Shown here one piece after another: positions 18,095 to 28,215 of a stretch of 47,260 nt of DNA. Numbering within the stretch: the stretch's first letter is position 1; each line of letters begins with the position of its first letter. The DNA comes from an uncultured bacterium. GTDB lineage: Bacteria > Patescibacteriota > Minisyncoccia > Phycocordibacterales > PALSA-1337. The position numbers were made by a program, and so were the translations under genes. Where the stretch lies: contig CAIPHR010000052.1 in NCBI GenBank assembly GCA_903864905.1, forward strand, positions 1 through 47,260, written 5' to 3'. The notes below the pieces were generated by a model. It saw only the letters and a list, made by a program, of their open reading frames with translations. It did no database searches and was not told the origin of the DNA.

Positions 18095-20086
18095 ATGAAA
18101 AGACTAAGACCTTATATATTCATAGCCATCATCACGATAGTTGTATTCGGTGTTTTCGCAAATGTTGTACAGGCGCAAACAACGTCAGGAGCGCAAGGTT
18201 CGGCAGCCGTTAATACTCCACTGGGGGGGACGGTTACTGGTGCGGCAGTTGGAAATTCAAATGCAGCTGCAACAAGTTCATGGATGACTGACCTTGGAAA
18301 TGCAATAAGTGATGTTTTTCTAGGTGGTATAGTAAGATATGTAACTGGAGCAATGGCTATCGTAGCTTGGGTCATACTGTCTGTATGTGGTTGGTTACTA
18401 TCAGCATCTGGAGTATTGCTCAATGTATCGATGTATCTGACGACGCATCTCGCATCATTCATCAATAATACCCCTGTTATATATACTGTATGGGGCATCA
18501 TTAGAGACCTGTCGAGCACACTACTCATATTCTTTATCCTATACGCAGCTATACAGATGATACTAGGTTTACAAGATGCAAAATACGGCGAATTGATAAA
18601 AAATATCATTATCGTAGGAGTACTGATAAACTTTAGTTTCTTCTTTACTAGAACGCTCATCGATCTATCGAATATAGTTTCCTTGGAATTCTATAGCGCC
18701 ATGGCTCCAACGAATACAGCTGCTGAAACATCAACCAAGACTGCAGATACGGATGGACTTGTAAAGTCAATGCTGACATCTGGTGGCATATCAAATATCA
18801 TTATGGGTGCTATCAGTATAGATAATTTCTGGAAAAATAGTGCAACAAGCGGGAAGGCACTATTTATCTATAACGACAATCAAGCAAATATAAATATAGT
18901 TATATTGGAAGTTGGTGCTATAGTGGTTGTAGTTTTCACGATCATTGATTTCCTGGTTATCTCTCTCATATGTATAGCTAGGGTAGCAATACTACTTTTC
19001 CTTCTTGGTTTCTCTCCTATATGGATAGCAGCAAAAGCTATCCCTCAGCTCGAGGAAATTTCAGGACAATGGATGAAACAATTCAAAGCTCAACTACTAT
19101 TCCTACCTGCATATCTAGCATTCCTATACGTTGCTCTGAAAATCGTCACTGCAAGCAACCTATCAAATGTGATAGCAGCTCAAGGTATGGGAACAACTCC
19201 AGATGTTCTATGGGGAAATATGATCAATCTAGTAGTAGGATTCAGTATCATTATTTTCTTATTAAATATCCCTATAATTGCAGCAGCAAAAGTAGCTGGC
19301 GTATCTGGCGGTTTCATATCAAAGGCTTATAGCAGTATGACAAAGAAGGTAGGAAGCTGGACAAAGTCTGGAGCAAGTGGTGCTGGAGCATGGGCTGGTA
19401 GAAATACCGTAGGCGCAGCAGCATCCAGGTTAAACCAGAGCAGCGCAATGAGAAACTTCTACGCAAACAATCCTAATGCTGGTTTATTGGTTTCAAAAAG
19501 ACTTTCCAGTATAGGTTCTGCTGGTTTTGGTGGTAAGAAGGGTGGATACGAAGGTGCACTCAAATCAAAGGTCAAGGATATTGAGGCGCTAAATAAACAT
19601 ATTGGTACAGTTGATGAAAGTTTATACTCAAATCAAGAGGATATAGACAATGCAAAAGATAATGCAAAACTAGCACAAGCTAGATTTGCAACTAAACTAC
19701 CAAATCGGTCTATATTAAATATATTCAAAGATAGGGCTAATAAACAGGCTCAAGTCAAAATAAATAAAGCGAAGAAGAAAGAAGATGCAATAAAAAACCT
19801 AAAAACATACAAAGATAGAAATAAAACAATTGATAATGAAATTGATGCACTTGAAGCAAAAATTAAATCTGATGATACTGCAGTAGGGTTTGCTCGACCA
19901 AAGGGTGCTGACCATAAAGACATAGCACGGCTAGAAGCACTAAAAAATGAAAAAGTTGAATTGGAAAAGTCAATAAATGATGCACAAAAAGACAAGGACG
20001 AGGCTGGCCTTGAAACACTTGTCAAATTGCTCGATAAAAAAGGAGAAAGTGGTGAAGAAAAGCCAAAAGATAAACCAAAACCATAG
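18095..20086 (+). CDS. Polytopic membrane protein, VirB6/TrbL-like
   Basis: Many TM helices (WGIIRDL.., LINFSFFFTRTLIDLSN, RVAILLFLLGFSPI), Gly/Ala-rich segment, charged coiled-coil tail; upstream of PrgI/VirB4. Confidence 0.6.
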   Translation: MKRLRPYIFIAIITIVVFGVFANVVQAQTTSGAQGSAAVNTPLGGTVTGAAVGNSNAAATSSWMTDLGNAISDVFLGGIVRYVTGAMAIVAWVILSVCGWLLSASGVLLNVSMYLTTHLASFINNTPVIYTVWGIIRDLSSTLLIFFILYAAIQMILGLQDAKYGELIKNIIIVGVLINFSFFFTRTLIDLSNIVSLEFYSAMAPTNTAAETSTKTADTDGLVKSMLTSGGISNIIMGAISIDNFWKNSATSGKALFIYNDNQANINIVILEVGAIVVVVFTIIDFLVISLICIARVAILLFLLGFSPIWIAAKAIPQLEEISGQWMKQFKAQLLFLPAYLAFLYVALKIVTASNLSNVIAAQGMGTTPDVLWGNMINLVVGFSIIIFLLNIPIIAAAKVAGVSGGFISKAYSSMTKKVGSWTKSGASGAGAWAGRNTVGAAASRLNQSSAMRNFYANNPNAGLLVSKRLSSIGSAGFGGKKGGYEGALKSKVKDIEALNKHIGTVDESLYSNQEDIDNAKDNAKLAQARFATKLPNRSILNIFKDRANKQAQVKINKAKKKEDAIKNLKTYKDRNKTIDNEIDALEAKIKSDDTAVGFARPKGADHKDIARLEALKNEKVELEKSINDAQKDKDEAGLETLVKLLDKKGESGEEKPKDKPKP

Positions 20087-20089
20087 AAC

Positions 20090-20815
20090 ATGAAACAATT
20101 CACATCAGAAGAAATACAAGCTCAATTCGAAAAGCTTCCAAAGGACTTACAGGAGGCGGTGGCTTCTGCTTCAATAACCGAAAGCATAGAATTGATCGGA
20201 AAAAAGTATGAACTTCACGTTGATCAAATTGGTGAGCTTATTGATCTTGTTGGCATGATAATGTTTGGGCTTATTCCGTCAGGTCAGTTTATAAAAAACT
20301 TTTCATCTAACTCTGGTGTCAAAACTGATATAGCTAGAAGCATAGCTGAGGATATTAACAGCGAGATATTTAGCAAATTGAAAACTACGATGAGAACAGC
20401 GGAGGAAGTTATTGAGAAAAAAAATCTTGCCGACCTAGAAGCCCTTGAAAAAGCTGGTGGTTTTACTATAGACAGGGAAGAAAATGCTGAAAATACGTCA
20501 ATTTCAGATAGTAGTAGTATTGGCAGCAATAATTCAACAGAACCGAATGTACTAGATGTAGATAAGGCTAGTATACTCAATGATATTGAATACCCAACTG
20601 CTAGCAGAGAAGTTTCTGGTGAGAAATATATACCCCATACAGAGCCTTTAGTTGATCTACTATTATCAATACCGACAACAAGTACTGAGAAAAAGGTATC
20701 TGTAGAGATGATACATTCGGATTCAGGTATTAAAAACTCAGAAAAAACCCCACCTACACCGCCACCAATACAAAAACCGAAAGCTGCGGATCTATATAGG
20801 GAGGCTACCAAATAG
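20090..20815 (+). CDS. Hypothetical protein
   Basis: 241-aa ORF; helical N-domain, disordered C-terminus ending DLYRE. Confidence 0.7.
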   Translation: MKQFTSEEIQAQFEKLPKDLQEAVASASITESIELIGKKYELHVDQIGELIDLVGMIMFGLIPSGQFIKNFSSNSGVKTDIARSIAEDINSEIFSKLKTTMRTAEEVIEKKNLADLEALEKAGGFTIDREENAENTSISDSSSIGSNNSTEPNVLDVDKASILNDIEYPTASREVSGEKYIPHTEPLVDLLLSIPTTSTEKKVSVEMIHSDSGIKNSEKTPPTPPPIQKPKAADLYREATK

Positions 20816-20843
20816 GATGATGAATACAATAAGTAATTGAAGT

Positions 20844-20949
20844 AATTGCAAAACCTTTTCATTTCCGATATGAGGCTACTAAATGTATGTACAAATTAGA
20901 ATACTACATCTCACTAGCCGATTGGAGGAAGTGAAAAGGTTTTGCAATT
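20844..20949. repeat. Long inverted-repeat element (23-bp arms)
   Basis: AATTGCAAAACCTTTTCATTTCC / GGAAGTGAAAAGGTTTTGCAATT with one G-T pair; inner GGCTA/TAGCC and ATGTA/TACAT. Confidence 0.85.
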
Positions 20950-21012
20950 GATTTTTGAAATTGGGTAAGCTTCGCTTCCACAAATCCTCATTCGACGCTA
21001 TAATACATATCA

Positions 21013-21447
21013 ATGCGTTTTCAAGTTCCCCAATTTATAGAGGTTGAGGACAAAATCTTCGGACCTTTAACTCTGAAGCAGTTTATCTACTTGGCTGGTG
21101 GTGGAGGTCTTTCGTTTCTGATCTATGCAATGCTGAATAGTCTTTTTCTATCTATACTGCCCATCATTATAATATTGGCAATATCAGCATCTATGGCTTT
21201 TTATAAATTAAATAACAAACCATTGATCAGTGTCATCGAAAATGCTTTCAAGTTTTATGTTGGAAACAAACTATATATTTGGAAAAAAGAACCAAAACCA
21301 AGACCACAAAATCAACAAGAAGCAACAAAAGACGCAAAGAATTTTGCTTCTATCATGGTACCAAAGATCTCTGACAGCAAACTGAAAGACCTAACATGGA
21401 GTCTAGATATCAAAGAAAGTGTGTATTCAAATAAGAACCAAAAATAA
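21013..21447 (+). CDS. PrgI family protein (VirB3-like)
   Basis: FQVPQFIEVEDKIFGPLTLKQF N-terminus followed by two TM helices. Confidence 0.85.
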   Translation: MRFQVPQFIEVEDKIFGPLTLKQFIYLAGGGGLSFLIYAMLNSLFLSILPIIIILAISASMAFYKLNNKPLISVIENAFKFYVGNKLYIWKKEPKPRPQNQQEATKDAKNFASIMVPKISDSKLKDLTWSLDIKESVYSNKNQK

Positions 21448-21450
21448 AAC

Positions 21451-22083
21451 ATGGCTTCACAATCAAAAACAACTCAAGACTTCGTACCGATCAAAGAGAT
21501 CCGAGATGGTGTGATCGTACTCAAGAATGGTGGCATGAGATCTATCATACTTGCTTCATCGCTCAATTTTGCTCTGAAATCACAAGACGAACAGAGTTCT
21601 ATCTTGATACAATTCCAGAACTTTCTCAACTCTCTAGATTTTTCTATACAGATCAGTATACAATCAAAAAAACTAGATATCAGGCCATATCTAGCACTTC
21701 TAGAGGGTAGGTACAAAGAGCAAGGAACTGAACTAATGAAGATACAAGTTAGAGAATATATAGAGTTTATCCGTACATTCGTGGAGAGCACCAATATCAT
21801 GTCAAAAAGCTTCTTTGTTGTCATACCTTATGATCCTCCAATGATGACTATTTCACAAAATCCTCTTTCTAGATTCCTACCAAAAAAGAAAAGTGGTGCC
21901 AATAACTTCGACGAACAATTCCAAGAATATCGAAGTCAGCTCGAGCAGAGAGCCTCTGTCGTAGAGCAGGGACTTGTGCGTTGTGGTATCCGTAGTGCAG
22001 AACTAGGAACAGAAGAAGTGGTAGAATTGTATTACAAACTATTTAATCCAGGTGAAACAGAGAAGCCTATTCAGATCACATAA
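21451..22083 (+). CDS. TraC/VirB4 N-terminal-like protein
   Basis: TQDFVPIKEIRDG, SLNFALKSQDEQ, FLNSLDF; lies between PrgI and the ATPase. Confidence 0.7.
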   Translation: MASQSKTTQDFVPIKEIRDGVIVLKNGGMRSIILASSLNFALKSQDEQSSILIQFQNFLNSLDFSIQISIQSKKLDIRPYLALLEGRYKEQGTELMKIQVREYIEFIRTFVESTNIMSKSFFVVIPYDPPMMTISQNPLSRFLPKKKSGANNFDEQFQEYRSQLEQRASVVEQGLVRCGIRSAELGTEEVVELYYKLFNPGETEKPIQIT

Positions 22084-22089
22084 AATACT

Positions 22090-23928
22090 ATGTCTATATT
22101 TTCAAAATTATTAGGAAAAAAAGAAGAGAACAATCCTATCGTTTCTATACTCCCAGAAGAGATATACCAGGCTGGTGTTTTGGAGCTCAAAGATGTTATA
22201 GCCCCTTCAGCACTAAAGGTTAGTCCAAAAGAACTGAACCTTGGTGAAAAAGTTGGTAGGACACTATTCGTCATATCATATCCTCGCTTTTTGGATGAGA
22301 GCTGGTTCGCACCGATAATAAACTTGGATAAAATATTTAATGTCTCTATTTTTATACATCCAGTAGATACTGCCAAAATATTGAGACACTTCCAGAAAAA
22401 GGTAGCAGAAGTACAAAGCCAGATATCTAGAAGGGAAGACAAAGGTCTAGTCAGGGATCCTGCACTAGACACAGCATACCAGGATCTAGAAGCACTACGT
22501 GATCAGTTGATGCAGGCACAGGAGCATCTTTTTGACGTTGGAGTCTACATAACACTCTTTGCTGATAACAGTGCTGAACTAGACAAACTAGAATCGGAGA
22601 TCAAATCATTGCTAGAATCAAAACTAGTGTATCTAAAACCTGCCCTATTCCAACAAGAACAAGGCTTCAAGTCAGTTATACCGATATGTGATGATGAACT
22701 TGCTGTCAATTCAAAACTCAATTCATCACCATTGTCATCACTATTTCCATTCGTATCATTCGACCTAACCTCAGATAAGGGAATACTTTATGGAATAAAT
22801 AGACACAATTCTTCTCTAGTACTTTTTGACAGATACCTATTGGAAAACTATAACTCTGTTACTTTCGCAGTTGCTGGTGCAGGAAAATCGTATTGTACGA
22901 AATTGGAAATCCTAAGAACACTCATGTTCGATACTGATGTTATCGTTATAGACCCTGAAAAGGAGTATGAATATATGGCAGAAGCAACTGGTGGTAAGTA
23001 TTTCAATATATCCCTAAACTCTGAACACCATATCAACCCATTCGACCTGCCAATACCACGTGAAGACGAGTCTGCATCTGATGTTTTGCGATCAAATATC
23101 ATCAACCTGGTTGGGCTTTTCCGTATAATGCTAGGTGGTCTCACTCAAGAAGAAGACGCCATCATAGATCGTGCAGTTACTGAAACTTATGCATTGAAAG
23201 ATATAACATCAGAATCCAATTTCAAAAGCGTAGAACCGCCTCTATTATCAGACTTCGAACTAGTTCTAGCTGGTATGGAGGGTGCTGACTCACTGGTTCA
23301 AAGACTATCTAAATATACAAAAGGTACTTGGTCAGGATTCATCAATAGACCATCGAATGTGGATATCAACAAGAAATTTGCCGTATTTTCACTTCGAGAC
23401 ATGGAAGATGAGTTGAAACCTGTTGCAATGTATATAGTCACACACTATATATGGAATGCTATACGCAAGAATCTAAAGAAGCGTCTACTAGTCATCGACG
23501 AGGCTTGGTGGATGATGAAATCAGAAGATACGGCTTCATTCCTGTTTGGTTTGGCAAAAAGGGGTCGTAAATACTTCCTTGGACTAGCTACTATCACGCA
23601 GGACGTTGATGATTTCTTGAAATCTCCTTATGGTCTACCTATCCTTACAAACTCATCTATACAAATACTACTCAAACAATCTCCAACTGTTATCGACCAT
23701 ATACAACAAACATTCAATCTGACTGATGAAGAGAAATACCTACTACTAGAATCTGACGTAGGGGAGGGAATGTTCTTCGTAGGACTCAAACATGTTGCAA
23801 TAAAGATAGTTGCTTCATATACTGAGGATCAGATCATAACCACCAATCCTGCTCAAGTACTACAGATACAGAATGCAAAGAAGGAATTGGAAGCAGCTGA
23901 AGCAGGTAAAGCTTCAACTACTATATAA
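22090..23928 (+). CDS. VirB4/TraE-like conjugation-type ATPase
   Basis: Walker A AVAGAGKS, VIDPEKEY, INPFD, Walker B LVIDEAW, KRGRKY..ITQDVDDF. Confidence 0.88.
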   Translation: MSIFSKLLGKKEENNPIVSILPEEIYQAGVLELKDVIAPSALKVSPKELNLGEKVGRTLFVISYPRFLDESWFAPIINLDKIFNVSIFIHPVDTAKILRHFQKKVAEVQSQISRREDKGLVRDPALDTAYQDLEALRDQLMQAQEHLFDVGVYITLFADNSAELDKLESEIKSLLESKLVYLKPALFQQEQGFKSVIPICDDELAVNSKLNSSPLSSLFPFVSFDLTSDKGILYGINRHNSSLVLFDRYLLENYNSVTFAVAGAGKSYCTKLEILRTLMFDTDVIVIDPEKEYEYMAEATGGKYFNISLNSEHHINPFDLPIPREDESASDVLRSNIINLVGLFRIMLGGLTQEEDAIIDRAVTETYALKDITSESNFKSVEPPLLSDFELVLAGMEGADSLVQRLSKYTKGTWSGFINRPSNVDINKKFAVFSLRDMEDELKPVAMYIVTHYIWNAIRKNLKKRLLVIDEAWWMMKSEDTASFLFGLAKRGRKYFLGLATITQDVDDFLKSPYGLPILTNSSIQILLKQSPTVIDHIQQTFNLTDEEKYLLLESDVGEGMFFVGLKHVAIKIVASYTEDQIITTNPAQVLQIQNAKKELEAAEAGKASTTI

Positions 23929-23969
23929 TAAACAAGAAATCTGTTTCAATCTAATGGTATAATTGGTTC

Positions 23970-24506
23970 ATGGCGCAGAGACAAGACAAATCAAAAGGTT
24001 GGTTACTACTATATATATTTTCTGGTGGCATGGATCTGATTCAGTTCGTATTTATCGAGCTCATTTTGGGCTGGTTTGGTGTAGGAGTAGTAGTAAATGA
24101 GATAATTGACCCAATAGTTGGTATCATAATCGGTTGTTGGATACAGTTTGGAAAAAAAGTTTCACTGATATCGCGCCCAAAACGTATTATATCCATGTTC
24201 GGGACTGAAGCTGTTGGTGCACTAACTAGTGGCATAGCACAACTATGGGTTCTAGATGTTTGGTATATTCATAACGACGTAAAGAAAGAAGAAGCGGAGC
24301 TAAAAGCACAAGAAGCCAAGGATCTGGCTATACAGTCATCTAATGGTGAACAAAATATTGATGGCACCAGATACCCTAGAAATCCTTACAATACATCTAT
24401 GCAAGGCCCTGTTAATAAAGACGGGGTACGATTACCTCGTGGTGGAATGAGACCAATAAATAGCAGGATTGCTTTACCTGATACAAAACCACCAATTATA
24501 AAGTAA
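23970..24506 (+). CDS. Hypothetical membrane protein
   Basis: 178-aa ORF with hydrophobic N-half. Confidence 0.65.
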   Translation: MAQRQDKSKGWLLLYIFSGGMDLIQFVFIELILGWFGVGVVVNEIIDPIVGIIIGCWIQFGKKVSLISRPKRIISMFGTEAVGALTSGIAQLWVLDVWYIHNDVKKEEAELKAQEAKDLAIQSSNGEQNIDGTRYPRNPYNTSMQGPVNKDGVRLPRGGMRPINSRIALPDTKPPIIK

Positions 24507-24588
24507 ATCATATAGTTATACTGATCAATATGTATTCATCCACAATTCACATACTTCTTCATCAGTATTCATGGTAAAATAATATGCA

Positions 24589-25620
24589 ATGATACGCTGT
24601 TCTAATAAACAATTCGTATTGCTTTCAGTTATTATTGTTTTTTCAATGTTTCTTTTTACTTCTAGAACAATAGCACAAGGAATACCGATGTCTGATGGCC
24701 TCAATATCACATTATCTACTGACAACCCTTTGCCAGGTCAAGTAGTCAGTATCACCGTGAATAGTTATGGTGCAGATATTAGCGCTGCAAAAATGGTTTG
24801 GTCAGTAAATGGAAAAGTAGTAAAGAATGAAATTGGTTTGAATACTATAGATGTAAATGCTCCAGCTCTAGGAGCAAAACTCGAAGTCACGATCACTGCA
24901 ACAACGCCAGATGGTTCCGTTGTGCGAGGCTCCACCACCATCACATCTGGAGTAGTCGATATGATAGTAGAATCAGATGGCTATGTACCTCCCTTATTCT
25001 TTGGCAAAACGGCTATCGGATACCAGAACTCAGTCAAAATAACAGCTATTCCTCATCTCGCCAATTCATCAGGAAAAGAATATGATGCGAGCAAACTAGT
25101 CTATAGGTGGAAAAAAGGTGGCTCTCTCATTCAAGAAAAATCTGGTTATGGAAAACAGTCTATTGTCATTGCTGGTGATATCATCCCTAGAGCATATGAG
25201 ATGGAGGTGACTGTATCAGAAAGTACGAGCGGTGCTCAGGCTGTAGGTATTTCACTCATAGAACCACAGGAACCTAGTATCTCTTTCTATGTGAATGACC
25301 CTCTATATGGCACTCTATATAATAGAGCGATCGGTAATAGTATGGGTATAGGTTCTCAGAATGAAAGGGGAATTCTCGCTGTACTTTTTGGTTTCAATAA
25401 TGGAACATCTCTATCTTGGCTCATCAATGGCGAATCTCACCCTGAACTCAATGATAAATCATCAGTTATTCTGAGATCTTCTAGTGCAGATGGTGGCTCC
25501 TCTATCGTTCACCTTGATGCTAGTAATGCGAACAATATTCTACAGGGAGCAAGGTCAGAATTTACGGTTTTATTTGGCCCGTCAAGTGATGCTACTACTA
25601 CAAATAGTTATCAACTATAA
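24589..25620 (+). CDS. Hypothetical secreted protein with tandem Ig-like beta domains
   Basis: Signal peptide; recurring WSVNG / YRWKK / WLING beta-sandwich-like motifs. Confidence 0.65.
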   Translation: MIRCSNKQFVLLSVIIVFSMFLFTSRTIAQGIPMSDGLNITLSTDNPLPGQVVSITVNSYGADISAAKMVWSVNGKVVKNEIGLNTIDVNAPALGAKLEVTITATTPDGSVVRGSTTITSGVVDMIVESDGYVPPLFFGKTAIGYQNSVKITAIPHLANSSGKEYDASKLVYRWKKGGSLIQEKSGYGKQSIVIAGDIIPRAYEMEVTVSESTSGAQAVGISLIEPQEPSISFYVNDPLYGTLYNRAIGNSMGIGSQNERGILAVLFGFNNGTSLSWLINGESHPELNDKSSVILRSSSADGGSSIVHLDASNANNILQGARSEFTVLFGPSSDATTTNSYQL

Positions 25621-25622
25621 AA

Positions 25623-26825
25623 ATGAACAATGCCAATAAAAAAACCATATCTTTCATAATGAGTGTACTCATCACCACTACCATGTTTATCGGTGTTTTA
25701 TCTATCAATACTACTCAACTGGTAAATGCCGAAGGTCCTGCATATACTCTTCTAGAACCTTTGCCAAAAGTAACTCAGAGTGGACAAGTCAGTATGGAAC
25801 CAAGCGTTTCATTATCTACATATATACAAGACGCTATCAATCTTTTCATTGCTCTGTCTGCAGTATCTGCTGTTTTCATGATTGTATGGGGCGGTCTAGA
25901 ATATATGACTACTGATTCGTGGAAAGGTAAAGATGATGGAATAAAAAAGGTTAAAAATGCGGTAATTGGGTTAATAATGGTTCTTTCAGCGGTTCTCATA
26001 TTGAAAACTGTCAATCCACAACTCATCGAAGTTGCTAAAATACCGAGTATTCAAGGTGAGTTGAAAACTAGTAGCTTAGATACTTTTAGAAATGCGGGGA
26101 GTCTATCTGGTGCGGCAATAAATCAACAAGTAGCACAAACAACTCAACAATCAAATACTACTGCTTCAAATATAGTGGCACAAAACAATAGTCTTGTTTC
26201 ACTGCAGCAACAATATAATGATTTGGCATATGAAATGGCTCTAACTACAGATTCTGATACATATTCCGAACTCGAAGCGCAACAACAAGAAATACAAGAT
26301 CAAATATCTGGCACAATAAACACAAGAACAGTACAAGAAACAGCATTATATTTTAATTCTCAATTACGACCAAATGTTGAAAACCCTAATAATATGGAAC
26401 AACTTAATACGGCTCTTGCAAATATTGGTAGATCATATGGTACTGCTTCATCTAATCTTCAAAGAAATGGACAATTTGATTTAACAGAATTAAATAATCA
26501 ATATAACTATAGTGAAGCCTCACTAAATATTATGCGAGCAAACCTTGCACTTAGCTCGGCACAGATTAATAGTTCTAGTATGGGAACGAGTCCAGGTACA
26601 GGAGGGGGTTTATCAGTTATTATGACAAACCCTGAAACAGGTGTAAATTTCAATAGACCACTAACCCCGACTGAGGCATATAATAATCTACGAGGCCTAT
26701 TGAACACTGCATCTTCTGGTATTAATAATGTATCCGACCAAACACTAAAAACAAACTTACAAAATCAAATACAGGCTGCTATGTCTAGTTTAAATGCCTC
26801 TCAAATTGGTAGATACGGACATTAA
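25623..26825 (+). CDS. CPR-type pilin (TrbC/VirB2-like) with Gln/Asn-rich extension
   Basis: YTLLEPLP..AVFMIVWGGLEYMT..K...NAVIGLIMVLSAVLILKTVNP. Confidence 0.75.
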   Translation: MNNANKKTISFIMSVLITTTMFIGVLSINTTQLVNAEGPAYTLLEPLPKVTQSGQVSMEPSVSLSTYIQDAINLFIALSAVSAVFMIVWGGLEYMTTDSWKGKDDGIKKVKNAVIGLIMVLSAVLILKTVNPQLIEVAKIPSIQGELKTSSLDTFRNAGSLSGAAINQQVAQTTQQSNTTASNIVAQNNSLVSLQQQYNDLAYEMALTTDSDTYSELEAQQQEIQDQISGTINTRTVQETALYFNSQLRPNVENPNNMEQLNTALANIGRSYGTASSNLQRNGQFDLTELNNQYNYSEASLNIMRANLALSSAQINSSSMGTSPGTGGGLSVIMTNPETGVNFNRPLTPTEAYNNLRGLLNTASSGINNVSDQTLKTNLQNQIQAAMSSLNASQIGRYGH

Positions 26826-26837
26826 GATAATAATCAT

Positions 26838-28208
26838 ATGCCACAAAATAACAGATCACCAATTGTATACATCGTTCCGATCATAATAGTACTTATTCTG
26901 ATTGGCCTAGCTTTCTATATCATTTTCAATCGCAAATCCTCAGTAACAACCACTAACACTACCAACAGTCAAGATGGTAGCTTCACACCTTTTGGTACTA
27001 TACCTCCACACTCTACAACTACTGCTGTTACACGTACTACAGTATCCACCAATACACTTAGCAGTTATTCGAACAATAAGATATCTCTCAGACTTCTCAG
27101 TAATACACCAGTTGGTGGTTATGGTGCTAGCACAACAGCATCTACTACAATAGTCAGATGGGTAGACCGAGGAAGAGGGAATATATATGAAGCACGTTAC
27201 AATGATCCAAACATTATAACTATATCGAATACTCTAGTTCCAAAAATATACAACAGTACCTGGAATAAAAATCTCACAGCATTCATCGGACCAACGATAC
27301 AAGACACCATATCAGAACCTTCAACATTATATGCTGAAATAAGAGCGAGAATTGTACCTATCATATCCAGCTCAACCAAGAAGACGAGCTCTACGACTCC
27401 ACAAACATCGACATCGACAGCTTTAGCATCAAGTACTATAGTAGCACCAGGAACATCATTCATTGGGCAAACTCCTTATGAATTGAAAGGAAAGAATCTC
27501 CCAGCACATATCATCACATATGCAGCATCACCAAAGATGGACAAGATATTCTTCCTAGTGAATGAATCTGGCTATGGAGTAGGTTATACTGCTAGTTTCG
27601 ATGGTAAATCAGTCACGAAAATATTCAGCACACCTATATTGCAGTTAAATGCAGAGTGGCCAGAAGAGAATACTATAGCGCTAACAACCAAAGGATCTGC
27701 CCTATACGGTGGTTTCCTTTACTTTGTGAACCCAAAAACAGGGGCATGGAAGAAGATAATAGGTCCGATTTTGGGTCTTAGTACAAAAGTCAGTCATGAT
27801 GCCAAATATGTATTGGCTTCATCAGCAGAAACTAACTCTGTTAGTACAGCAATATTCAATATATCAACACAAAAATACACTACAGCTTTAGTAAAAACAA
27901 TTGCTGATAAATGTACTTGGGGGAATTTCAATGCAGCAATGGTCTATTGCGCAGTTCCTTCACAATCAGTACCTGGTTTATATCCTGATGATTGGTATAG
28001 GGGTATTATTGCATTTGCAGACAAACTATGGCAACTAAATGCTAGTTCTGGTGAGATACATCTAGTATCTACTATAGTAGATCAATCTGACCGAGTAATA
28101 GATGCTATCAACCTAGGTCTAGATCCAAAAGATGAATATCTATTCTTCATGAATAAAAATGACCTATCACTATGGTCATATGATCTAGTTAGTGGAAAAG
28201 TTAGATAA
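26838..28208 (+). CDS. Hypothetical membrane-anchored beta-propeller-like protein
   Basis: N-terminal TM, Thr-rich linker, beta-rich repeats, ADKCTW..YCAVP..PDDWYRG. Confidence 0.65.
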   Translation: MPQNNRSPIVYIVPIIIVLILIGLAFYIIFNRKSSVTTTNTTNSQDGSFTPFGTIPPHSTTTAVTRTTVSTNTLSSYSNNKISLRLLSNTPVGGYGASTTASTTIVRWVDRGRGNIYEARYNDPNIITISNTLVPKIYNSTWNKNLTAFIGPTIQDTISEPSTLYAEIRARIVPIISSSTKKTSSTTPQTSTSTALASSTIVAPGTSFIGQTPYELKGKNLPAHIITYAASPKMDKIFFLVNESGYGVGYTASFDGKSVTKIFSTPILQLNAEWPEENTIALTTKGSALYGGFLYFVNPKTGAWKKIIGPILGLSTKVSHDAKYVLASSAETNSVSTAIFNISTQKYTTALVKTIADKCTWGNFNAAMVYCAVPSQSVPGLYPDDWYRGIIAFADKLWQLNASSGEIHLVSTIVDQSDRVIDAINLGLDPKDEYLFFMNKNDLSLWSYDLVSGKVR

Positions 28209-28215
28209 AACTATA

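Noticed and set aside
15477..28208. Integrative conjugative element
   Set aside because: No relaxase, coupling protein, integrase or flanking repeats in the window; composition matches the core genome.
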